Translations under genes and position numbers: made by a program
The notes under the pieces: generated by a model
What the model was told of the DNA's origin: nothing
Seen by the model: only the letters and a program-made list of their open reading frames with translations
Database searches by the model: none
NCBI GenBank assembly: GCA_951406725.2
Contig: OX597830.1
Coordinates: forward strand, 45,818,001-45,882,000
Direction of reading: 5' to 3'
Length of the DNA: 64,000 bases
Source: Octopus vulgaris
Taxonomy: Eukaryota
In this document: positions 1 through 13,199 of the stretch, one piece after another
How the letters are laid out: every line of letters starts with the position of its first letter
Numbering within the stretch: position 1 is the stretch's first letter

Positions 1-2599
1 ATTAAGACTGAATATAGTCATTTCTTCAATGTCCTGTCCATAGAATTATAAGAATCTCCCCACCCATCAAAACCCCTTTCTTAAACCATTTATAGAAAAT
101 AACTTTCTGAATAACAAATTCAATGTATTAATCATGTAATTTCAAATTTTTGAAAACACTCATAAAATAATTTAAAATTACAACTTCAGTTTTTATGCAC
201 TCACAATTTTTTTAATGTTCAAATATTAAGAGAGACATTGATGAGGTATAATGACTAAATTAATAAAATGTTAATCTTAGAGGAAAGGATATACTTAAAT
301 TCTATCATTGGTGCACTATTTTGGTGTATTCTGGATGCATTATATATTCATTAATTCTATTTTATAGCAGGTAATTAAGTTAGAACAAACAGGAGACAAC
401 TCGGTTCAGTGCCAAACTATTAAACTATTGAGCAGTTTTGAAATGGTAATCTTGTGGAATTTAACAGCCATTTTCAGAATATTTTTTTAAAATTCATCCA
501 AAGATGAATTTAGCTCAAAAATTCTAAAATATAACACAAAATGTTAATGAATCTTGCTTCAAAACTAATTTATAAGTGGCTATGTTAATTAAAAGACACA
601 AATAAAAATATAATTATATACTTTATTACGTAAAGTAAACATTTGTTTGCATTACATAATACTTAAGCTAAATTATAAAATGCAATTTTCGTTTTCATTC
701 AACAACGAAAAAAAAAAAATGAATTAGGTTAAAAAATAATTCTTCTTCCTTTAATTTATGTATTTTTTTTTAAAGAAAGAAAATATAATTGAGCTTTCAG
801 AATCCCAATATATCATTAGTTCTAATTTAATTGAATTTGATGTGATGAAATATTTGTGACTATTCCAAATAGATCTGAAATCAAAACCTTCATACAGTAT
901 TAAAAAAAAAGGGTATCTGGACATCTCCACTATTGAACAGCCAGACTTCTTATATTAATTAACAAAGAATTTTATGAAAAAGATATTTTAAAATTCAAAT
1001 CTTCCCTAATTATATAACAACAAAATAATAATAATACAAATTTTAATGATTTTATATCAACTCAACCTGAAACTTGGATGCTTTTATGCAGCTCAGGACA
1101 TCCAAAACAAGTCTAGTGCATTGGCTTTATCAGAATTGATTGCTTAACATGTCTGCTTTGCAACAATGTGTTTCCAAGTTCAACCCCACTGTGCGGCACT
1201 TTGGACCAGCATCTTCGATCATAGCTTCAGGTCAATCAAAGTCTTTAAAGTGGAAGCACAAAGAGGTCGGTTTGAGGTATATATAAGAGACTGTCATATT
1301 TGACAATGTTCTTAGAATTTTGAACTGAACTCTTTATTACATCAATGGGGATAGAGTATTTTAACAGTCTACTCCCATAGATGGTTCATTCTGAAATTCT
1401 GAGAATCTTTTCAAAATACAACAGGTACTTGAAGAAGGCCAAAGGGTACAATGGATAAAGCAACCAAGATAAGAACAATGTCTGAATATATCCATGTATA
1501 ATGAATGATAATTCCTCACTCTAGAAATTTGAAGAATAATACCTTATATTATTTGGTTCTATCCTGGTTGAGTCCAAGTTACTTTAATTTTCTCCCTTAT
1601 GAGGTTAAAAAAATAAGCACCAGACAAATTATTGAAGTTAAAATGATTGATTAAAAACCACTGGAAGTGGTGACCTACATTCTTATATTCTGAAAAGTTT
1701 ATAGTTTCAAAAATGCTGGATTAATACAAAATAAAACAAAATATTCTTGCAGATCAACAAAGAACATTTTTCTGACTTCAGTTATATAAAGATATATTAA
1801 ATATATACCACTACCAAACTTCAATCTTTGTGACTATATTTATTATGAAATGCACTGTCTATGTGCTTTAATTAACTTTTTTTTTTAATCAAGAATTTGG
1901 AGACATTTAGGAAATGAACCAAAATAATAGTGTTCTATATTTAAACTGGTGCTTGAAACACAATGAATTGTATGATGAAAGTTTTAAATTTGAATAGAAA
2001 CTCTTTGAAACAGCTGGATTAGTATCACTGAACTGAATCTGTAGATATTTCAGAAGGAGTTGCTGTCAAAATAGTTAGGAGTTGTTTTTAGAAATTTTGT
2101 CAATGTTGCATGGGGTTCTTTTTAGATTCTACTAAATAATGATGATGATGATGATGATTGTGGTGGTGCTCCTAATAGACCAACACAAATATCTAAATAA
2201 AACATCCAATCCAAACTAAAATAAGTAAATGAAAAAAAAAGAAAAGAAGCTTTCAAGTTCTTCACACTTCACTTTAATAAAGCATTCTTAGCATATACTT
2301 AACATAATCTATGGAAGTCCAGCTCTATTATGTATCATTTGTAATAAAACTTCAGGATATGAAGTTCAGTGAAACATTTAAATTGCACAGTAATTTCATT
2401 ATTATTTGGCTGGATTTAGGTCCCAAAAGATTTGGTTTTCCTTATAACTCAGCAAAAGATGAACTAAAAAAGCTTTGTTACAAAAGACTTGTTATCAAAA
2501 GAAGGAACAAAATGTTATCATTGTAAACCTTTATTACCAGCAATACAGAAAGAAATCTATATATGTATATCTGAGTTTGTATGATTGTATATAAAATTT

Positions 2600-2747
2600 T
2601 ACAATATCAAAATAACCTAATATGTCTCTGCATTATGCAATCATCAAGTTTCTGTAGTGACAGTCGTGTTCCACAATTGACAACTGTCACTACATAAACC
2701 TGATAATTGCATAACGCATAGACATATTAGTTTATTTCGATATTGTA
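2600..2747. mobile_element. Foldback/hairpin MITE-like element (about 65-bp imperfect inverted arms)
   Basis: TACAATATC...AATATGTCT...TTATGCAAT...TGTAGTGACAGT pairs with ACTGTCACTACA...ATTGCATAA...AGACATATTAG...GATATTGTA; begins and ends with TA. Confidence 0.7.
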
Positions 2748-2828
2748 CAATTGTAAAAATTGTAAATAATAAAACGTGAATCAGATTAAGTTGGAATTCT
2801 ATTGATTAATTATATATAAAGATATATA

Positions 2829-4057
2829 CAGGATGCAGTGAATAAATTGTCTAAATTACGCAAAAATGAAAATAACACTGACATCACATTTTCAACTGAT
2901 ATATTTTCCAAAATTACATAAAAATATCTTGAAATGCTAAAGAGTAAATTTATTCAATAAAATTGGCTCCAACCACGGCTTCCAGACAACTTCAGAATAT
3001 CCTGCAACTCTTCTGGATAGTCTCCTTGTTTAAGTTGGTGAATGCTGTCATAATCCTTGCCTTCAGTTCATCTTTGGTGTAACAAGGAGTTTTGTTGTTG
3101 GTCTCTCACTCAAATGTGCCCCACACATACTAATCAAGGTGGTTGCAGTCTGGGGAGTTAGGTGGCCAGATGTTATGAGTGATGTGGTTGCAGAAATTGT
3201 CTGACAGCCGTGACTGGGTTTTCCTACTTGTGTGGCATGGTGCAGAGTCCTGTTGTCAGTCATAGGGTCTTTCAGCAGCCACCCTTTTGACCCAAGTCAG
3301 ACACTTAATGTAGGCCTCTGTGTTGAGTCTGAGGCCATGTGGGAAGATGACTGGAGGCATAATGTTGCCATCACTAGCGATCACTTCAAACACCATGATG
3401 TTGACTGGATGTTTGATTTTTATCACTCTCGGTACATGTTTTGGCAGATTTTTTTCTTGTCTGAGAAAAACCAAAGCATGTTCGATTGGAGGGGATGTTT
3501 GAGTTTGTTCAAAAGCTTCATAGCATGATCTTTCCTCTTGTCCTTGATGGTTTGGGATAAAAATTGACCCTTTCTCATCTTATATGAGGAATGCTGAATG
3601 TCTTCATGCACTACCCGCCTGATAAGAAACTCACACACTCCCATGTCCCTGGCGATGGACCTGCTTGACATGGAGGCATTGTTGCCAATCATGGCCTGGA
3701 TCTCACCTAGAAAATCAGAAGTTCTTTTCCTGTCAGAATGATCAGAGTGAGTTTTCCAAGCTACCGTACCTTCATAGTCACCATTAGACTCATCCAACTC
3801 TTTCCAAATCCTCTGCACTGTCCTCAGATTGACAACCAAACACTCTGATATGTTCGTATTGGAGCTTCTGACACGAATGCCAAGCAGTATAGCATGTCAT
3901 TTCCAAATTTCTGGCAGAGTAAATTGTGTCATGGTGCTGTTTTTCTCACAGACAGTGCCCAACTGACCCTACTTTACTGTGCAGTCAACAAAATTACAAA
4001 CAAACAATGCATGAAATAAAAAATATAAACTGGCAACAATTTATCCATTGCATCCTG
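2829..4057 (-). mobile_element. Tc1/mariner-superfamily DNA transposon, DD37D (maT) type, TIR to TIR, transposase pseudogenised
   Basis: TIRs CAGGATGCAGTGAATAAATTGT and (revcomp) CAGGATGCAATGGATAAATTGT, 20/22 match; TA on both sides; minus-strand fragments WFFSDKK, IMVFEVIASDG..MPP, QQDSAPCHT...WPPNSPDCNHLD*YVW with 37 residues between 2nd and 3rd Asp; stops and frameshifts present. Confidence 0.92.
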
Positions 4058-4154
4058 TATATATGTGTGTGTGTGTGTACACACACATTTCAGTGTTACA
4101 AATTATTAGTATTATACAATAATTTTGCCCCCCAGAATTTTTAAACCTTTAAGT

Positions 4155-4381
4155 CAGTGGTTCTCAACTTTTTTTACTTGTAGATCCCTTTGCTTCCCCT
4201 TTTACGTGAGTGGACCCTCACAGCCACTTGATGTGTAATAAATTCTATTTCTATAATTAAATATTTTTAGAAATTGTATAAAAAAAAATTTATAATTCTG
4301 TATATTGTCAATGTGTATCCAATTTATTGAATATAAACCTTAACAACAAAATCTTATATGGATCCTGGCTGAGAACCACTG
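4155..4381. mobile_element. hAT (Charlie/MER5-like) MITE
   Basis: TIRs CAGTGGTTCTCA...TGAGAACCACTG; perfect 8-bp TSD CTTTAAGT at 4147-4154 and 4382-4389. Confidence 0.9.
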
Positions 4382-4971
4382 CTTTAAGTGTTATCACTGT
4401 CAAATTTCGAAACCATTTAAAAAATTTTTTTATTTACTCCTTATCTAAGCAACAATTACATCTAAAGAACATACTTTCAAAGAATGAAGTTGTATGTTGT
4501 TGCTAGCTGTTACTGGTAATATCTGCTAATTAATGAAGAAACAATTAGGAAACCTAAAGCCATGTGAGCAATGATGGTTTCAAAACACTTTGATCTCATT
4601 AAATGTTCTGGGTCATTATTACACAATTAGATGAAATTTTCTAGATAGCTACTGTTATGGGTTAGCTGTATCAGTTGTGAAGATTTTAATTCCGCAGGAA
4701 GCAATGTTAATAACACTGCAATTGTGTAAATATGCAGTTTTTATAATTCTAGGCACAAATACCAAATGTTATTAACATTACAGTAATAACATTTTACAAT
4801 AAATTAAAGTTCTTAAAAAGGATTCTGGTACATATAAGGATTCTGTATATAATTGTTAAGGACTGGAGAAATTTTCAGGTTAGCTTTTATCAACTTCTAA
4901 GATAAAATTATTTTATCATAAAATAGTTTTTATTTTATCTTGTGATTAAGAAAGTTATACTTTTAAAAATT

Positions 4972-6260
4972 ATCATCGTTATCATTTAACGTCCATCTTC
5001 CATGCTGGCATGGATTGAGCAACTTGACAAGAGTCATACCAGACTCCGTTTGTCTGTTTTAGTATGGTTTCTACAGCAGGATGCCCTTCCTAATGCCAAC
5101 CACATTACAGAGTGTACTGGGTGCCTTTTATGTTTCGGCCTGTTTTCTAGGGGTCTCCTTCTTCCACAACTTCCCTCCACTTTGAGTGATCTGCATTTCT
5201 TTATGCAACTGTCCTCACCCATATGCATCACATGACCAAACCAGTGCAGTCTCCTCCTTTGCATACTGCATATAATCCTTCTTATGCTTGACTTTTCTCT
5301 CAATACACTAGCATTCTGACGAACATATACACTTACACTGCACATCCAGCAGGGCATACCAGCTTCTTTCTTCTCTAGTCTTCACATGTCCTCTGCATTC
5401 AGGGCCCACATTTCACTACCATACAGCATTACAGTTTGTACACATGCATCATACAATCTTCCTTTCACTTGGGAGGAGAGAAAGACCTTTGGTTGCCAAC
5501 AGAAGTAAAAGCTCTCTGAACTTTCCCTATCATATTCTTACTCTAGCAATTACACTTTTTGTACATTCTCTTCCACTGCTAATCAGGTCACCTAGGTAAT
5601 AGAAATTATTTACAACTTACAGAGAGCCTCTGGGACATTTGAGAGAAACAGTTTCCCATGTATCTGTAGTCTTTTTGGCTCTTGTACATCTTCCACATAC
5701 AAACACTACTTTCTCTGTTAACCTCCCTACCATACCACTGCACCTCTTCTGTGTCTATATCTTGCACAAGGCACACCAAATAGAATTTCTGTCTACACAT
5801 TTCCCACATATCAAGCAGGACCATTTACCAGAATGAGGAAGGGTCCTATCTGATTCTTGCTTACTAGGCACCTTGGTCATCACTAAGTTAACTTTAAAAC
5901 TCTTTGATTCCAGGTTTTGGGTCCATATCTGCAATTTCTTTCCTAATTCAGTTACAGATTCTGCTATGAGGGCAAGATCATCAACATATAATAGTTACCA
6001 TGGACAGCTGGTCTTAAATTCCTCTGTTATGGCCAGGAGGACAATGACAAATAGGAGAACTGAACCTTAATGAACACCTACCAGTACACTAAATACATCA
6101 CTGTACCTATGGCTGACTCTTACCTTACTAACAGCACCCCTGTACATGGCCTGTACTGCTTTCATAAACCGTTCATCTACTCTCAAATTTCTCAGAGACC
6201 ACCACATCAGAGAGTGAGGTATTCTATCAAAGGCTTTCACTAGAGCAACAAATGCCAAGT
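4972..6260 (-). mobile_element. 5'-truncated RTE-clade LINE (degenerate RT plus 3' UTR)
   Basis: Minus-strand peptides AFVALVKAFDRIPHSLMWWSLRNL and RRRLHWFGHVMHMGEDSCIKKC; family 3' tail; homologous to 40540-42034 and 48213-49990. Confidence 0.88.
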
Positions 6261-6496
6261 ATATTCAATAAACAATCCTTAAACAGACCCAGTATAGTAT
6301 GAAATATAGATACTGTTGAATAAAAAAAGAGATAGAATATATAAGAATTACATTCATAAAATGTAATTCGTTACACATCTTAAAATTATGCTTTTCCGGG
6401 GGAGCTCCTCCGCTTCATCTGATACAAAAATAAAACTCAGGTTATTAAATATTTGAGAGTAAACTCTATCAATGATTTTTAAAAATTATCACTCAC

Positions 6497-6584
6497 CCTC
6501 AGGTGATTCCTCCTGCATATAAGATCCAGTCAAGTAACGGTGAACCAATGCAGACTTGCCGCTTTGCACACTACCAAGAATACC
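6497..6584 (-). CDS. AGAP1: AGAP1/centaurin-gamma coding exon (88 nt), P-loop region of the GTPase-like domain
   Basis: ttgcag|GGTATT...CCTGAGG|gtgagt; translates [29 protein letters not shown](G), matching the AGAP motif [20 protein letters not shown]; phase-0 join with exon 16041-16099. Paralogue number is nominal for an invertebrate. Confidence 0.95.
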
Positions 6585-9500
6585 CTGCAATTGTACAAAA
6601 TTATTAGTAGCTGATCATACTGGTCTTCTTCTTAATAAAACCTTATAAAACACACATTCAAGTGAAATAAATAAATTAATTAAATATGAAGAAAGAGTAA
6701 AAATGAATAAATTTATAAAGCAAAATAGATGGAGAAATTCTCTTTTTAAAGAAGCATTTCCACTTGTGTAACTTAAGCAATGATTAGGTTTGTGCTGAAT
6801 CTCTTTTCAAAATGTGTAACACTCCGATTTTATAGGAAAAACTATTATTTTTAGTAAGGTGAGTGGTGCATAAAACTACGAGGTTGTATAAATTATCTAA
6901 GAGATGATTAAGAAAATATCTTCTTTCAACAAACTTTCAACAGTAGATTAGTATTTTAGCAAACAAAAATTTATTTGATACTTTATTTTGAGATTTAAAA
7001 AAAAAAAAATGACTTTCACAACAAGCACTGGAAAACAGATAAGAGGCTAAGCTTAGTAAATATAGAAAGATGGTTTTAGTTGATAATGGGGGAATAAGTT
7101 AGAAACAACAGTAGATGTTTTATGTCGATGTGACCAAAGAAACAAGGAAAGTGATTTACTAGGGGCAGCAGCTAAGCAAATAAATATAAACAAGGATATA
7201 TTGTGAAGAGACAAACCAAAAATTAATTGAATCATTAACCTGGGATCTCCTACAAATATAAAAAAAAAAAAAAAATTGACTTTGTGGGGGTGATTTGAGA
7301 GGATAGACAAGAGGTAAATCTACCTCTTTGACTTTTCTTCCAACATAGAGATATATTTGTTTTAATGCAAGGTTATTCATGAATCTTTATTTAGAAGATG
7401 CATTTAACAATAATAATAAAAGAAAGAAAGCTTTATGGTATTCATAATCAATATATTTCTGAGCTATGAGTGACCCTGTAATGATGTAAATCTATTACAA
7501 AAATTAAATCAATATACCTCGTTAGTCACTGAGCAATATGCTAATTCGGTGCAATGGTGATTGTTTGCAGCTGCTTATTTAGTATGTAAACTAAATGTAT
7601 TGATAATTAAATGAGTTTTAGTCAACTAAATATTTAATGTAAAAAGTGTAATACAAATTTAGAGACTTGAAAATTATATTTTGGATATAAGAGTAAAAAA
7701 CATAGAAAATGGTGTAATATATGATATCTTTATGTTACAAAGAGCAAAGAAGGCTAAAGACATATTTTACTTTTGCCCAAAGCAAATCAGAGATGTGAGA
7801 AGATTTGGATAAACTTCCATCTCAATTTTCCTTCAAGACCAATTCATTCCTGTCTCTAAAGTAAGCCATTAATGACTGTTGAATTTAGACACTATGAAAG
7901 TTGATCTTTATATCCTCAGTCTCTCAACCAGTGACTACCTGAAAATCCCTGTATATATATGTGTGCAGCCATTCCTTTAATAAATTTATTATAAAATGTT
8001 CACAAGTTTCATCCTTGTTTACAACACATGCAACCCACCCTAATCCATAATAATCTTACAGGCAAAAACCCTTGGCAACAACCGAATTAGTAAACCATTT
8101 AAAAGCTGAGTTATCATTTGTGTCCCTTAAAATAATTTGTATGAAAACTGAGTTGTCTTTGTGTACCAATCAATGACAACTGTAATAGCATCAAATACTT
8201 GACAGTTTGTAGACAGCAGTACCTGTCGATGAGATTGGCACTATTGAATGTTTTATGGAAGCCCTAAACAATGAATGCTTCTTATAGTTATATAAAAAAT
8301 AAACAGTTCTGCAAGTTGTCATGACTGAACAACACAGCAAACTGAGAAGCAGAAGCAGAAGCAGATGTTCTGTATGGATTTATTCATTTTATTTACCATC
8401 TTTCAACCTACAAATGTAAATAACACTTATCAAATACAAATCCTTTGATATTTAAAATGCTTATGGCTAGAATACTATGTTTTTCTTAGAGAAATTATTA
8501 TTTATGAGGGAAGCTACTGAGAGTAAGGCTAGAAATGTAGGTGGCAAACAACATTTACTCCAGTGAAGTGCAAATTTGCTGATATTCGAAGCTATGAGGA
8601 TGAGAGACAAGAAATATTTTGACTCATTAGACAATTGCTTTTGTAAATACCATGATACCATTGTTCAAAGAGATACAAGTTCATTTGTTCTAGTGACAGT
8701 AACAAGACCAATATTAAAAGCAGAGTTTAGTACAGTCATAGTTAGTAAAATATGAAGACAACAAATGCTGAGATGGCTAAGCATCAGGCTATGTCACAAG
8801 TCCACATGTAATTTTAATTGCTGAATCAGGAACATCTTGTTAGCTCCTAATTCTTACTGAAGAGGCAAAGGGATTTTAGCCATGTCCATTTCGATAGTTT
8901 AGGGTTCTCAAGGTGGTCAGGTGTGGTTTAAGGAAGATTTCACAGCTATTTAAACTGTCTCCTTCATTGGTTTAGGATTAACGAGGTCACATGGGAAGGT
9001 GTTTATCTCTGCTGACTGGCAGAGCAGTGTTGTCAGCAACTGCCATAAGTACAATGGGAAACACACAAAAGAGATGTCTGTGCAGAGGTGTTAAACTGAT
9101 GGCCAAGCTAAGAATATGGTGGTGTCACAAACTGAGGTTGGATAGGATGCTGTTTCAGAATATACTGTAGTGTAGAAGTGAATGACACAATTTCTACTGA
9201 CACAACAGGAAGTTCTTAACTCTTAACAAATAGAACTTCTTTTCAGTTCTTAACAGAAAAACTCTTAACACAGCCCCATATACTGCGACCTGTTAAGTAT
9301 TAAGAAAACAGATGAATTGGCTATGAGAAATTTAAGATTGGTATGAGGATCTTCTAAAAATGGTAGAATAGAATTTTTCAAAAAGGTACTCATCACCAGG
9401 GTTTTGTCCCCATCTCTTATGTCTATTTATAGTAGTCCTAGGAGCAATATACATTGAAAATTAAGATTGGATATCTTCAGGAACATCTATGAGCTAACAA

Positions 9501-10844
9501 CTTGGTTCTCATAACAGAATGTGAGAGAGAGAGATGCTAAAAAAGTTCCTAAATTGAAAGACTGGTCAGTGGTCAAAAGTCCTAAAGGTCATCATGACAA
9601 ATGTCAAAGTTGCAATTGATAACAAAAAGTATAAAAACTTAATGATTTTGCTTGTTAAGTATAAATAGATTTGGTATGATTCAATACCATGTACAATATG
9701 TTAACAAAAGTTATACAAAAGGTGCACTGTGATTCTAGGCAGATTGTTGGTTTTAGTATCTAAAGCCAGATGTAGAGAAGTCATTAGTAGCAAGTAGTCA
9801 GGTGGTGCAGTCATGTTGATGGTGGTGATAGCAACAGTAACAGAAGACTTAAGTAACAAACAAATATGATTGAGGTAGTTATCGCTAAAATAAGAAAGAG
9901 GAAGCAGTTCAGAAAATGTGAAAGATTTGCAAAAACTTAAGAGAAAAAAAAAAAAAAGAATTTGATTATTATGGCAATGTAATGTGAACTCACATACAGA
10001 GTAGAGCTAAGCTGGGCACTAACAGCATTTATTGCAAGAGTGTGAATGGACAACACTTGGTGGTGGTAAAAGTACAAGAGCTGAAGAGAAGTAATAGCTT
10101 TAGTAGCAACAGACCAAAGAAGACATGGCAAGAAAAATAAACCTCCATAGATGATGCAGGTAGAAAAGAAAGGTGTACACCATGTTGTAGTATGGTGCAC
10201 ACCCTATTGCATTCAATTATGCCATCACAGACAAACAAATGTTAAGATAATGACTATAAAGTGAATTACGTATAGTAATTATAGTTGAAACATTAGCCAA
10301 ACTTAGTACGCAAAAAGCAAGACAAAGATTTAGAATAAGTTGAGACTTCAAATCAATAATCTGAGAATGAAACTCTAAAAACTACAACTAAATTTATGAC
10401 ACTGCAGTGAGACAGTTTCCATGCAGTAACTCAAGCTGCTAAAAATAGCAACCAAATCTCTTTCAATTTGCACTTTAGCGTTTTAAGTGAAGAAGACTAC
10501 ATTGAACATACAAAAATACAGGATGGTTACAAGTAAGAATACCTTGATCAGAGGCCTGCTCTATCAAGGTAAACTTGGAGCTAAGCAATATCTAATAAAT
10601 TTAAGCTGATGTTGTTCATCATCTTTAAATAGCTCTTATTCAGGGACCTTTAGAACAGGATGAGCTACTCAACCTGAAGAAAATTTTAACTGGGCCCCAC
10701 CTGCAAGATTATGCACTGTTTATCTTGATATGAGATCACCATATTGAGCACATATAGTTGTGATATATGTGCTTGGTGTACCTTTATCAGATAGGTAGTC
10801 ATGATGAGTATATTGGGCTTCATATATTCATATATTGGGCTTGG

Positions 10845-10882
<38 letters not shown>

Positions 10883-11039
10883 TAGTCATGATGGGTATAT
10901 TGGGCTTTGTATAGATCAACCTCACCAGTCTCTTGCCACTTTCATCCATCTTTTGATAAACAAGCTAGAAAGTAACATCTCCCTCTCTATCCTCACCTTC
11001 CTCTTTAAATGATATTTGAAGAAATTAATAAGAGCCAGG

Positions 11040-12075
11040 CCAGATAGGAAAGTACCTGTCTTCAAACATTTCTGACAAGTCTTCTACACAACCTTATGCA
11101 CTGGAGCAACACCTGCCTCTCTTCTCTGCCAAAGGAAGATACTGCATTAATCTTCACTATACACTCGATGGCAGCTGGGTTCGTCTTAGACACGATAGCA
11201 GCTGCTCAACACAAGCCCATAAATCACAAGTGCACACCATCGCTCCCTACAAGCATCTCAGGCAGGTTCAATTGTCGACACTTTCATGCCTGAAGAGCTT
11301 GTCTCGAACAGGAAATGCCAAAAACTTTTGAAAATTGTCCATGGTCTTCGACCTGAAAGCCCTCCAGAAAAGACCACTCAGGCTGTTCTTATTGATGTCC
11401 AGAGTTAATCCTAGGCCATCGTTGTTCATACCCCTAACCATCCCCTATAGAAATCTTGTGTTGTTTTCCTGATAATGGCTTTGTCCAGCTAGTAAACACC
11501 TGGCAACATTCTGTATACCAAAGACCAAATCTTCGTCTACATTTGACCCATGGCTACAGCTCAATGAGATGAGCTGCCAAAATGCCTGTTACACAAAGGA
11601 TGCCCACACCAGCTTGCCCGTTTTCATTACCATTGTTCATACCATTGCAGTGAGTTAGATATTTCTGCAGATGCATCAGCCTCAATGTGTGGTGACACAT
11701 CATCGGGGATGACATCCTAAGACTACCATAGAGTGGGTGTTGACAGCAGGTTGATTTTCTGACCAGTTGAACCTAACCCTTCCATCAGCATCAAAAAACA
11801 CAAGCACTCCAATCTGATCAGAGTTTTCTTGGGATAAGGTACAATGGCTAAATGGTAGCAGACTACCAAGGTGATGTCTACAATAGCTGCTTCTGGCCAG
11901 CCTTTCAGAGACAGCTTCCTTTCTGCCCATTTCTGAGTGAGCTTGGCCACCTTGATGTCTTCTTCCCAGTTCTTATTCACCTGGAGATCTGGTCCAAACC
12001 TAACTCTGAGCACTTTCACCAGACCCTCTATCCAGCAAGAGAAATTGCCACAAGTCAACATGGACTTGTTTCTTC
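11040..12075 (-). mobile_element. Degenerate L1/Tx1-clade LINE fragment (region C-terminal to RT)
   Basis: Minus-strand peptide VKVLRVRFGPDLQVNKNWEE..KWAERKLSLKGW..YHLAIVP resembles the Tx1/L1 pattern 'LGV.F....NW.....W..R.LSL.GR'. Confidence 0.65.
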
Positions 12076-13199
12076 AAGAGCATAGTTGCAAAACAACAAC
12101 AACAACAATAATAAACTACATGATATTTCTCCCTACTAGCTCTTGATATTACAACCACTAAATTCAAAACTTTCAGACATTGAAACCCATCCAGAATAAT
12201 TAAAAGCAAATGTCATCAATATTTAAGCCTGAAAGATAAATGACAAAATATTCAACACTATGGAGATTATAAAACAGTAAATGCAACTAAAAAGAGATTT
12301 CAAGTGTATTCTATAGCATTTTCACTGAAATGCTAGTAACAACAACAGCACATCTAACATTTTAAGTGTACATGGTAAAATTTTGAAAAATAAACTGTGA
12401 TACTTTTTCAATAATATGCTTAAAGAAATTAATTGCTATATCCAAACTTTGTTACACAACAGACAAAAGATGATTAGATACAATAAAACTAATTAATATA
12501 AGTTCTTACAATTTTCTCCCTAAAAATAAAATGCATTTTTAATCAGTTTTTAAGACCTCTTTGTGTATTTTAATTTAAATAATATTTCATTGGGGAATCT
12601 CCAAATTTAATACACTTTTATTCTTTCCTGCCAGTGGTCTGTGGTCAGATTACAGCAAACGAGAATACTTTACAACAATAAAGATGAATCTAAAATAAAA
12701 TTGCATGCATTAAAAGTAAAAGCCTAGGGAAGTGATGACAACCACTGAATAATGCAGAAAATGGAATCAACTTCTTTCTTTCTCTCAGCTTTGAGAAGAT
12801 CTTTCACATTCAATGAACTGCTTTTTCTTATTTATTTTAGCTACTAGCCTTAAAAACCAGAACCATAAACTGAAAAATTTGAAATGTAAAGGATGGCAGT
12901 AAACATTAGCGAAATGTTTAAGTGTACAGAAACACAGTGTACTGAGCGGGACTGTGAGTTCAAATCAAACAATAAACAACCTGTGGCAGTCAAGAAGTTC
13001 TTTCTAATCTTGTTTTGAGCAGTAAGTAAAGGATCTAAAAATTGTAGGAAGAGCAATATGTTTGTTTCTCTTTGATATTTGGTTTTTGAAAATTCTATAA
13101 TACTAAATGCATTATTATCTAAAAAAAAAAACAACATTTAAATAAATAAATAAACTCAATTTTTGGAGTTAGGCACAGTGTAAGAGGACCACTGCCATT

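Noticed and set aside
1400-1520. TTGAAGAAGGCC...TGGATAAA possible hammerhead relic
   Set aside because: Too degenerate; core and stems cannot be supported
1-6350. Next AGAP exon (GRFKKE..DGQSYLLLIRDEGG)
   Set aside because: Not found by eye on the minus strand; presumably lies before position 1
10790-10910. Triplicated TATATTGGGCTT block around a TA tract
   Set aside because: Most simply slippage-associated duplication within an old repeat; no sign of function
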